Assembly (NCBI GenBank): GCA_038214755.1 | Contig: JBBQRQ010000041.1 | Coordinates: 1 to 42,498, forward strand | Reading direction: 5' to 3' | Length of the DNA: 42,498 bases | Source of the DNA: Verrucomicrobiota bacterium | Lineage (GTDB): Bacteria; Verrucomicrobiota; Verrucomicrobiia; Limisphaerales; CANJXF01 | Part shown: piece by piece, positions 18,056 through 25,817 of the stretch | Position numbering within the stretch: the stretch's first letter is position 1 | How the letters are laid out: each line of letters starts with the position of its first letter | The notes under the pieces: generated by a model | The model's input: only the letters and a program-made list of their open reading frames with translations | What the model was told of the DNA's origin: nothing | The model's database searches: none | Translations under genes and position numbers: made by a program

Positions 18056-19459
18056 ATGATTTCGCACGCCAAATCCGAGCAGCTTTTTGCCGAAGCGCTG
18101 AAATATATTCCCGGCGGAGTCAACTCGCCGGTGCGCGCTTTTCGCGCCGTGGGCGGACAGCCTTTCTTCGTCAACAAAGCGAAAGGCGCAAAAGTTTTTG
18201 ATGTCGATGGGAACGAATACCTTGATTACGTCGGCACGTGGGGACCCGCGATTCTTGGCCATGCGCATCCGAAAATTATTTCTGCCATTCGGCAAGCAGC
18301 AGAGCAGGGGACGAGTTTCGGAATTCCCAATCCGCTCGAAGTCAAAATGGCGAAGCTCATTTGCGAAGCCGTTCCCAGCGTTCAAAAAGTTCGCATGTGC
18401 AATTCCGGCACCGAAGCCTGCATGTCGGCCATTCGTCTCGCGCGCGGATTCACGAAGCGCGACAAAATTATTAAATTCGACGGCTGCTATCACGGCCACG
18501 CCGATTCGCTTCTAGTCAAAGCCGGTTCCGGTGCGCTGACGTTTGGGAATCCTGACAGCGCTGGAGTTCCCGCCGCCTTCACGCAACACACGATTGTTCT
18601 CCCATTCAACGATGTCGAAGCGGTGAAAGCCGCTTTCGCCGCGAACAAAAATCAAATCGCCGGAATTATTCTCGAGCCTGTTCCCGGCAACGCCGGTTTG
18701 TATTTGCCGAAACCGGGCTATCTCGAATTTCTCCGCGAAATCACTTCCGCGCACGAATCACTTTTGATCTTCGACGAAGTGATGACTGGCTTTCGTTTGT
18801 CCTTTGGCGGCGCGCAAAAACTTTTCGGCATCACGCCGGACTTAACTTGCTTCGGAAAAATCATCGGCGGCGGTTTGCCGGTGGGCGCATTTGGCGGTCG
18901 CGCGGAAATCATGGATTTGCTCGCGCCGCTCGGTCCCGTTTATCAAGCTGGCACACTCAGCGGAAATCCACTCGCGATGGCAGCGGGCATCGCCAACCTC
19001 GAAGAACTACGTAGGAGACGACGTGAGGAGACTCATTACAAACCATCCGAACTTGATCAAAGTCTCCTCACGTCGTCTCCTACAAAAGATGGAGATACCT
19101 ACGCGCATCTTGAAGAACTCGCCGAACAACTCGCCGCCGGAATGCGCGACGCTGCAAAGTCCGCGAACATTCCGGTTCAATTCAACCACATCGGCTCGAT
19201 GTTTTGCGGCTATTTCACCGACAAACCCGTTCACAATCTTGCCGACGCCAGGCACAGCGACCGCGACCGTTTCAAAAAATATTTCCACGGCATGTTGAAT
19301 GAAGGAATTTATTTTGCGCCGTCGCAATTTGAAGCGGGATTTATTTCTGCGGCTCACCGCGAAGCGGATATTGAGAAAACTGTGAATGCTGCATCGAGAG
19401 TTTTAAAATTACTTTGGCAAATGCCCACTTGTTCCAAGCAAATCGTAATGGCAAGGTGA
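18056..19459 (+). CDS. hemL: glutamate-1-semialdehyde 2,1-aminomutase, with an in-frame REP insertion
   Basis: PGGVNSPVRAF, NSGTEA, GCYHGH, FDEVMTGFR, GKIIGGG, YQAGTLSGNP, PSQFEA. Confidence 0.97.
   Translation: MISHAKSEQLFAEALKYIPGGVNSPVRAFRAVGGQPFFVNKAKGAKVFDVDGNEYLDYVGTWGPAILGHAHPKIISAIRQAAEQGTSFGIPNPLEVKMAKLICEAVPSVQKVRMCNSGTEACMSAIRLARGFTKRDKIIKFDGCYHGHADSLLVKAGSGALTFGNPDSAGVPAAFTQHTIVLPFNDVEAVKAAFAANKNQIAGIILEPVPGNAGLYLPKPGYLEFLREITSAHESLLIFDEVMTGFRLSFGGAQKLFGITPDLTCFGKIIGGGLPVGAFGGRAEIMDLLAPLGPVYQAGTLSGNPLAMAAGIANLEELRRRRREETHYKPSELDQSLLTSSPTKDGDTYAHLEELAEQLAAGMRDAAKSANIPVQFNHIGSMFCGYFTDKPVHNLADARHSDRDRFKKYFHGMLNEGIYFAPSQFEAGFISAAHREADIEKTVNAASRVLKLLWQMPTCSKQIVMAR
19011..19083. repeat. 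GTAG-type REP doublet inside the hemL coding sequence
   Basis: Perfect 23-bp IR GTAGGAGACGACGTGAGGAGACT / AGTCTCCTCACGTCGTCTCCTAC; related to intergenic 20159-20226. Confidence 0.92.
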
Positions 19460-19466
19460 AACGCAA

Positions 19467-19697
19467 ATGAACGCCGAACTTCTCAAACGCATCACGATTG
19501 AACCCGGCAAATGTGGCGGTCGCCCGTGTCTCCGTGGAATGCGGATGCGGGTGACGGATATTTTGCAGCTTTTGAGCGCAGGCGCACTTTACGAAGAAAT
19601 TTTGGAAGATTATCCCGATCTCGAACGCGAGGATATTCTGGCCGCAATTGAATACGCGGCCCATCAAACCGACCATGTCGTATTGCAGACGACGTGA
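19467..19697 (+). CDS. DUF433 family protein (putative antitoxin)
   Basis: RITIEPGKCGGRPCLRGMRMRV...EEILEDYPDLEREDILAAIEYA. Confidence 0.92.
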   Translation: MNAELLKRITIEPGKCGGRPCLRGMRMRVTDILQLLSAGALYEEILEDYPDLEREDILAAIEYAAHQTDHVVLQTT

Positions 19698-19709
19698 AGT
19701 TTCCCATTC

Positions 19710-20138
19710 GTGCGCATTCTCGCTCTTGACCACGGCACCAAACGCATCGGCGTCGCGATCAGCGATGAGTTGCAAATGATTGCCCAACCCTTGGAATTTA
19801 TTTTGGCCGAACCATTCGCAAATTTTTTAACGCGGCTGAAAGACATCATTCGCGAAAAAGAGGTGGAACAGATTCTGATCGGCCTGCCGCGCAATATGGA
19901 CGGCAGCTACGGCCCGGCGGCAGCTAGAGTTCAGGAGTTTGTCGCCGTGCTGAAAGAGACGACTGCAATTCCAATCAAGTTGTGGGACGAGCGATTGACC
20001 TCGGCACAGGCGAATCGGTTTTTGATTCAAGCCGAGGTTCGTCGCGACAAGCGAAAGGAAAAAGTGGACAAGACCGCAGCGGCGATTTTGTTGCAAAGTT
20101 ATCTCGATAGTTTTTCAACCACAAGTGGACCCGGATAA
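19710..20138 (+). CDS. ruvX: Holliday junction resolvase-like protein RuvX/YqgF
   Basis: ILALDHGTKRIGVAISD, IGLP, WDERLTS, VDKTAAAILLQSYLD. Confidence 0.95.
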   Translation: MRILALDHGTKRIGVAISDELQMIAQPLEFILAEPFANFLTRLKDIIREKEVEQILIGLPRNMDGSYGPAAARVQEFVAVLKETTAIPIKLWDERLTSAQANRFLIQAEVRRDKRKEKVDKTAAAILLQSYLDSFSTTSGPG

Positions 20139-20158
20139 ACACCAATTAAAACGGGACC

Positions 20159-20226
20159 GTAGCCGCCGACGTGAGGAGGCGGATTTCCGCTGAAAAGAGG
20201 ATCCGCCTCCTCACGTCGTCGGCTAC
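20159..20226. repeat. GTAG REP doublet
   Basis: GTAGCCGCCGACGTGAGGAGGCGGAT...ATCCGCCTCCTCACGTCGTCGGCTAC. Confidence 0.9.
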
Positions 20227-20255
20227 AACCTTTCGCATTCCTGGTTAAAGTCCCT

Positions 20256-20999
20256 GTGAAATTTAAACTCACCATCGCTTATGACGGCACGAACTACTCC
20301 GGCTGGCAGGTGCAGAAAACGGGTCTGGGCGTTCAACAACTTGTGGAGGAATCGCTCGCGAAAATTTTCCCCAGCGTAAAAAGAATTCACAGTTCCAGCC
20401 GCACCGATACCGGCGTTCACGCTCTCGGACTGGTCGCTCACGTCGAAATTTCAAAAGCCGAATTTAAAATGCCTGTGAACAAACTCGCTCTCGCCATCAA
20501 CGCGCATTTGCCGCCGGACATTCGCGTGATGATGGCAAAACGTTGCGCGAAAAACTTCCACGCCCGCTTTGATGCGCGAGGAAAACAGTACCGCTATTTT
20601 GTCTGGAACTATCCCGTAATGAACCCGCTTTTGTGTCACCGCGCCTGGCATGTGAGACAAAAATTGAATTTGGCCGCCATGCGTTCCGCCGCAAACTATT
20701 TCCTCGGCAAACACGATTTCAAATCGCTGGCTGCAACGCGAAGTTACGAAATGGAATCGACCGTCCGCACGTTGACGCGTTGCGAAATAAAACGGAGCGG
20801 CCCGCAACTCTCCTTCATCATCCAAGGCGACGGCTTCCTCTACAAAATGTGCCGCGGGATTGTGGGAACGCTCGTGCAAGTCGGGCAGGGTAAAATTGCA
20901 GCGAGCGAGATGGAAAAAATTCTGGCGACTAAAGATCGGCGCGTCGCGGGAATGACCGCGCCGGCGCACGGTTTGGTTTTGTGGAAAGTTTTTTATTAA
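20256..20999 (+). CDS. truA: tRNA pseudouridine(38-40) synthase
   Basis: IAYDGTNYSGWQ, SRTDTGVHA, FHARF, GKHDF, FLYKMCR, TAPAHGL. Confidence 0.96.
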   Translation: MKFKLTIAYDGTNYSGWQVQKTGLGVQQLVEESLAKIFPSVKRIHSSSRTDTGVHALGLVAHVEISKAEFKMPVNKLALAINAHLPPDIRVMMAKRCAKNFHARFDARGKQYRYFVWNYPVMNPLLCHRAWHVRQKLNLAAMRSAANYFLGKHDFKSLAATRSYEMESTVRTLTRCEIKRSGPQLSFIIQGDGFLYKMCRGIVGTLVQVGQGKIAASEMEKILATKDRRVAGMTAPAHGLVLWKVFY

Positions 21000-21000
21000 A

Positions 21001-21073
21001 TTGTAGCGGCGTGTCTGCGACCGCCGGTGAAATGCCACGGAAATTTGCGGCGGTCACAGACGCGCCGCTACAA
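21001..21073. repeat. GTAG REP doublet
   Basis: TTGTAGCGGCGTGTCTGCGACCGCCG...CGGCGGTCACAGACGCGCCGCTACAA; half copy at 32641-32667. Confidence 0.85.
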
Positions 21074-21080
21074 ATAAATT

Positions 21081-21548
21081 GTGAACATCGTTTTAGTTGA
21101 ACCAGAAATTCCGCCGAACACGGGAAACATCGCGCGACTTTGCGCGGCGACCAATTCCTGCCTGCACCTCATCGAACCGCTCGGTTTCACGCTCGATGAC
21201 AAACAACTCAAACGCGCCGGTATGGATTATTGGGAACAAGTCGAGTGGCACCGCTGGGCGAGCTGGAATGATTTCCAAAGGCAGATTCCCCTCGGCGCGC
21301 GACTTTGGTTCGTCGAATCTGTCGGAACAAAAAATTACGCTGATGTAAAATATTTGACCGAAGATTATTTGGTCTTTGGCCGAGAAACCGCCGGCTTGCC
21401 AAAGAGTTTGTTGCAACAGTTTCCTGAGAGTTGGTTGCGCATCCCGATGTTCAACGCCAAATCGCGCTCGCTCAATTTATCGAACTGTGTCGCGCTCGTT
21501 CTCTACGAAGCTCTCCGCCAACAGGGTTTCACGGATGAGATTCATTAA
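21081..21548 (+). CDS. trmL: tRNA (cytidine(34)-2'-O)-methyltransferase
   Basis: PEIPPNTGNIARLCA, KRAGMDYW, FGRETAGLP, RIPM, RSLNLSN. Confidence 0.95.
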   Translation: MNIVLVEPEIPPNTGNIARLCAATNSCLHLIEPLGFTLDDKQLKRAGMDYWEQVEWHRWASWNDFQRQIPLGARLWFVESVGTKNYADVKYLTEDYLVFGRETAGLPKSLLQQFPESWLRIPMFNAKSRSLNLSNCVALVLYEALRQQGFTDEIH

Positions 21549-21619
21549 CTCGTTATGCTCGCGGTGCATCTGATTTAACGATTGAACGAATTACGTTTCA
21601 CCGCTTAACTTCCTCGGTC

Positions 21620-21694
21620 GGGCGATTGGCGCAGTGGTAGCGCAACTCCTTTACACGGAGTGGGTCGGGGGTTCGAATCCCTCATCGCCCACCA
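21620..21694 (+). tRNA. tRNA-Val (anticodon TAC)
   Basis: Cloverleaf: acceptor GGGCGAT/ATCGCCC, D arm GCGC, anticodon arm ACTCC-TTTACAC-GGAGT, TTCGAAT T loop, encoded CCA. Confidence 0.96.
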
Positions 21695-21749
21695 TTTTCA
21701 AAAACATTCGTACCATGGCGGTGCATTGAACCCGTCAGTTGAAGAACCC

Positions 21750-21948
21750 ACCGCGAATCACACGAAATATGCGAAAAGGGAAAAGGGGGAAAAACTTTTC
21801 AGTTTTATTCCTCGTTCGTTTATTTCGTGTTTTTCGCGGTTGAGAATTTCCGCGGTAGCGGGATTTTTAGCGGCGAGCCAAGCGAAATAGACGAAACAAA
21901 ATATTGAGAAAAAAAACTTCCGTGTATTTGCCGTATTCCGAGGTTTCG
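21750..21948. repeat. two degenerate inverted elements built from 9-mer units (CGAAATA-like)
   Basis: CCGCGAATCACACGAAATATGCGAAA...TTCGTTTATTTCGTGTTTTTCGCGG, and a weaker second pair at about 21882-21946. Confidence 0.6.
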
Positions 21949-21949
21949 T

Positions 21950-23047
21950 TCACAACGCATTCTCAAACTTCATTCCATGCGCTTCCGCCACCGCTTTATG
22001 TGTCACTTTTCCCTCCATCACGTTGATGCCGCCGATGAGCGCGGGTTGACGCTGGCAGGCTTCTTTCAATCCTAAATCAGCGAGCATTTCGATGTAGCGA
22101 TACGTCACGTTGGTCAATGCCTGGGTCGCAGTGCGGGCGTAAGCGCCGGGCATGTTCGCGACGCAATAATGGGTCACGCCTTCTTCGACAAAAACGGGAT
22201 CGTCGTGCGTGGTCGGTCGCGAAGTTTCTGCGCAACCGCCTTGATCAATCGCGATATCGACGAGCACGCTGCCGGGTTTCATCTGCCCCAACATCTCGCG
22301 GTTAATTAATTTCGGAGCCTTCGCGCCCGGCACGAGAACCGCGCCGATGAGCAAATCCACCGTAGGCAAAAGTTCCATCAAATGCGCTTCACTGGAAAAA
22401 AGGGTGTGTGCGGTGTGCAACGTAATGTCGAGAAAACGCATTCGTTCCAAATCCACTTCGAGAATCGTGACGTCCGCGCCCAGTCCTTGCGCCATGCGCG
22501 CTGCGTTGATGCCCGACGCGCCGCCGCCGAGCACGACCACTTTTCCGGGCAAAACTCCTGGAACGCCGCCGAGCAAAACGCCACTGCCGCCGTGGTGTTT
22601 CGCCAAAAAGTAACCACCCACCAGGATCGACATGCGCCCGGCGATTTCGCTCATCGGTTCCAGCAAAGGCAAACGGCGATTCACTTCAATGGTTTCGTAA
22701 GCGATGGCGGTGACGCCGGATCGCAAAAGTCCATCGGTCAAACTTTTGTCCGCCGCCAGATGCAGATAGGTAAAAAGAATTTGCCCCGGTCGCAGCAAAG
22801 AAATTTCCGAGGGCTGCGGCTCTTTGACTTTGACGATCATTTCCGCCTGTTGAAAGACGGCGGCGTGCTCCTTCTCGATCGTTGCACCAGCGCTTTCGTA
22901 ATCCGCGTCTGCGTAGCCGATGCCCGCGCCAGCGTTATGTTCGACCACAACTTGGTGTCCGTGCTTGATGAGTTGATACGCAGCGGAGGGAAGCAGAGCC
23001 ACGCGGTATTCCTGTCCTTTTATTTCTTTGGGAACTCCGATGATCAT
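21950..23047 (-). CDS. ald: alanine dehydrogenase
   Basis: [51 protein letters not shown]. Confidence 0.97.
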   Translation of the reverse strand: MIIGVPKEIKGQEYRVALLPSAAYQLIKHGHQVVVEHNAGAGIGYADADYESAGATIEKEHAAVFQQAEMIVKVKEPQPSEISLLRPGQILFTYLHLAADKSLTDGLLRSGVTAIAYETIEVNRRLPLLEPMSEIAGRMSILVGGYFLAKHHGGSGVLLGGVPGVLPGKVVVLGGGASGINAARMAQGLGADVTILEVDLERMRFLDITLHTAHTLFSSEAHLMELLPTVDLLIGAVLVPGAKAPKLINREMLGQMKPGSVLVDIAIDQGGCAETSRPTTHDDPVFVEEGVTHYCVANMPGAYARTATQALTNVTYRYIEMLADLGLKEACQRQPALIGGINVMEGKVTHKAVAEAHGMKFENAL

Positions 23048-23167
23048 GTTTCGCGTCGAAGGTTGAGAGTCGAAGGTGGAGAGTCAAGAAACAACAACTT
23101 GGAGGTTTGCATTTGCGCCGCGCGATCCGGGTGTGATTCCAAGTGGTGGTCACTACCAGTGCCGTTA

Positions 23168-23267
23168 AAAGCGGCGGAGGGCCGCCGCACTCCAAGACGC
23201 TCGCGCGAATTTCGATGGCGCATGAATGCCGCGAAGCGTCTTGGAGTGCGCCAGTCCTCTGGCACTC
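23168..23267. repeat. REP doublet (GCACTCCAAGACGC family)
   Basis: AAAGCGGCGGAGGGCCGCCGCACTCCAAGACGC...GCGTCTTGGAGTGCGCCAGTCCTCTGGC; the family also occurs at 34314-34405. Confidence 0.82.
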
Positions 23268-23302
23268 TTGTTCTGACCGCCAGTTTAAATCACAGCTGCG
23301 CG

Positions 23303-24700
23303 TTACCCGACATTTTCTTCAACCAGCGTCTGCAAAGTAATTTCGTCGGCCACTTTTTTTTCGGCTTCGAGAATTTGATCGAACTTTCCTCGAACCAGTG
23401 CGCGAGACGGTTCATCCCGTGTCTCCAGTTCCTGGCCTTGCCCGGCGCGCACTGCATCCAAAATATCCTGGTAGGAAATTTGGTCGAGCGGCCGCGCGGG
23501 AGCGTAGGCTTTTTCATTCGGCACAGCGGAGGCGGCTTCCAGAATCAACTGCATCTTCAGGAGCGGGGCCATGACTTTGCTCACGAGTTGGCTGGGCACA
23601 CATAACCTCTCGGCGATTTCGCAACTCGTCGGCGGCTGCTCGCCCCGATGATATTTTTGCGCGATAAAAGTCATCAGCCGCAGCGCGACAAATTCCCGTC
23701 CGCGCTCGTTGATATTTTCCGTCTGCCGCTCTTGAATATAGGCGCGGCGATTTTGATAGGCGTAGGCGACCTGCGCGCCGAACAGCACGATCAACCACGA
23801 AAAATAAATCCCCACCAAAAACACCGGCACGATGGCGAGCTTGCCGTAAATCTGGCTGTTGCGAACGACTTGCCCAAAATAAACGAAGCTAAAAATATTA
23901 TTCAAATGCCAAAGACCTCCGCCAACCATCCCGCCCACCAACGCCGCGCGCCAATTGACTTTGGTGTTAGGCATCAATTGATAAAAACCGGCGAAAGCCA
24001 TCACGAGCATGAGCAATGGCAAAATTTTGTAAGTCACTTTTCCAATCAATGACGATTGGGCTACCAGCCCTTGACTCCATTGAAGCTGGGGACCGACGTT
24101 CAACCCCATAATGAGGAGCAGAAGAATTGGCCCCAACGTAATCACCGCCCAATATTGCACGATGCGCGTAAACCAGCTTCGCCCTCGCGTCACTCCCCAG
24201 ATGTCGTTGATCGTCGCTTCGATGGTGCTCAAAAGTGAAATGCCCACGAAGACCAGCGCGATGATCGCCGTCGCGCCGAGTGTGCCGCTGCTGACATTGT
24301 TGACGTAGGCGCTGATGCTCTCCACCACTTTTTGCCGGCCGCTTTCTCCGGAGTCGGCTTTCGAAACCAAGTCCAATTGCGGAGCAATTTTTGCGACAAA
24401 CGTATTGATCAAATCTTCGATTTGTTGTTTGCCGCCCTGGCGTTTGAGCAGGCCGGTGGAAATGCTGATCGCGACGGCCAGCAGCGGGACGAGCGCGAGC
24501 AACGTGGTGTAGGCCAGCGCGGAGGCGCGCACGGCGCAGCGATTGCGCCAGAAACTTTTCCCGACCAGGACCCAGAAGTGCGCGAATTTTTCCCACCGCG
24601 ACATTGACTCGTCGCCATGCGTTCCAATTCGTTTTTCCCCCAGGATGGCTTGTGCTCCCTCCTGGATTTTGCTGAGTCTGGAAATGGATTCTTCTGCCAT
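23303..24700 (-). CDS. YihY/virulence factor BrkB family membrane protein with C-terminal HTH-like domain
   Basis: ASALAYTTLLALVPL, IE.TINDIWG, PNTKV, IYG, YFSWLIVLFGA. Confidence 0.92.
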   Translation of the reverse strand: MAEESISRLSKIQEGAQAILGEKRIGTHGDESMSRWEKFAHFWVLVGKSFWRNRCAVRASALAYTTLLALVPLLAVAISISTGLLKRQGGKQQIEDLINTFVAKIAPQLDLVSKADSGESGRQKVVESISAYVNNVSSGTLGATAIIALVFVGISLLSTIEATINDIWGVTRGRSWFTRIVQYWAVITLGPILLLLIMGLNVGPQLQWSQGLVAQSSLIGKVTYKILPLLMLVMAFAGFYQLMPNTKVNWRAALVGGMVGGGLWHLNNIFSFVYFGQVVRNSQIYGKLAIVPVFLVGIYFSWLIVLFGAQVAYAYQNRRAYIQERQTENINERGREFVALRLMTFIAQKYHRGEQPPTSCEIAERLCVPSQLVSKVMAPLLKMQLILEAASAVPNEKAYAPARPLDQISYQDILDAVRAGQGQELETRDEPSRALVRGKFDQILEAEKKVADEITLQTLVEENVG

Positions 24701-24816
24701 ACGCGCGAGACAAATCTAATGTTCCAGGAAAGAAGTTCAATGCGGAATGCGGCTGGCCATTAACTTACGCAGGAAATCGGCGGTCGCAATCTTTGGGAAG
24801 GGTGATCGGTCCCGAA

Positions 24817-24935
24817 GTAGTGGCGCAGGCATCTTGCCTGCGTCAGCGGGCTTCCAGCCCGCGAAATTTTAAAAAGTGAAGGAGGCTTCGCGGGCAAGAT
24901 GCCCGCCGTGACAGGCTGGAAGCCTGCCCCACTAT
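24817..24935. repeat. GTAG REP cluster
   Basis: GTAGTGGCGCAGGCATCTTGCCTGCG...CAGGCTGGAAGCCTGCCCCACTA; same family as 4764-4865. Confidence 0.85.
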
Positions 24936-24949
24936 TCCGCGAGGACAAT

Positions 24950-25075
24950 AATTACAGCGATGAGTGAACGGCGTTTTGCAGAAACTTTTTTGTAAGCAGC
25001 GCGGGCTGCATCCTTGATCGCTGCGGGAATTGCATAATAAGCTTTCCAGAAATCTGAAGTTCCAAACGATTTCAC
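24950..25075 (-). pseudogene. truncated and frameshifted ParE/RelE-like toxin
   Basis: GTG overlaps the antitoxin stop; VKSFGTSDFWKAYYAIPAAIKDAARAAYKK, then a shift in an A-run to FLQNAVHSSL*; the remainder is replaced by a REP. Confidence 0.72.
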
Positions 25076-25320
25076 GAGCGTTGAGCAAAATCGCTTTCTT
25101 TGATTTTAGAAAAGCAGTTTGGACCCGCTTTCGGTTGCGCTTCGATTTCGTTGCCAGGCGCCGTGAGCGCGGGACGCGGGTTCGGGTTGGCGATGATGCG
25201 TTCCCACACCGCGTCGCCATTCAACTCCGGCAGGATATCGGGCAAATCTTCCACCAACTTTTCTCTTTCTCGCGGAGGCAGCGCGACTATCGCGGCTTCG
25301 ATTTCTTGAACGGTGCTCAT
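25072..25320 (-). CDS. putative antitoxin (MSTVQEIEAAI family)
   Basis: Similar to the 29458 protein (MSVQELE..., W-E/D-R); GTGA coupling to the toxin remnant. Confidence 0.75.
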   Translation of the reverse strand: MSTVQEIEAAIVALPPREREKLVEDLPDILPELNGDAVWERIIANPNPRPALTAPGNEIEAQPKAGPNCFSKIKESDFAQRS

Positions 25321-25740
25321 GGTGGAGAATGTTATATAACCCGATTGCCGAAGACAAACGTCTTGGCCGCGACTGGGCGAAACCGATTGCCTCTCACAAT
25401 CTTCGGAAAGAGATGGCGACGGAACGCCGATCTCCCGATCGGCATCGGGAACGCTCCCTATTTTCCGCGAGCCGATCAGGAGATCGGCGTTCCGTAAATT
25501 TTTCTCTTTCTCGCGGAGGCAGCGCGACTATCGCGGCTTCGATTTCTTGAACGGTGCTCATGGTGGAGAATGTTATATAACCCGATTGCCGAAAACAAAC
25601 GTCTTTGCCGCGACTGGGCGAGACCGATTGCATCTCACAATCTTCGGAAAGAGATGGCGACGGAACGCCGATCTCCCAATCGGCATCGGGAACGCTCCCT
25701 ATTTTCCGCGAGCCGATCAGGAGATCGGCGTTCCGTAAAT
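25259..25740. repeat. 241-bp tandem direct duplication (antitoxin 5' end, upstream region and REP)
   Basis: Units 25259-25499 and 25500-25740 differ at about 5 positions. Confidence 0.95.
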
Positions 25741-25817
25741 TTGGAGAAATTGAAATGCACCAGCGCAAATCCACTTTGAACTTTGAACTCAAACTCGACT
25801 GCCCTAATCTCCCGCGC

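Noticed and set aside
21620..21948. Genomic island integrated at tRNA-Val
   Set aside because: No duplicated tRNA 3' end or integrase was seen; ald follows within about 250 bp.
25605..25817. N-terminal extension of FtsK (953-aa ORF)
   Set aside because: It runs through REP sequence; ATG 25818 has a TAATCT box upstream and is followed by the first TM helix.
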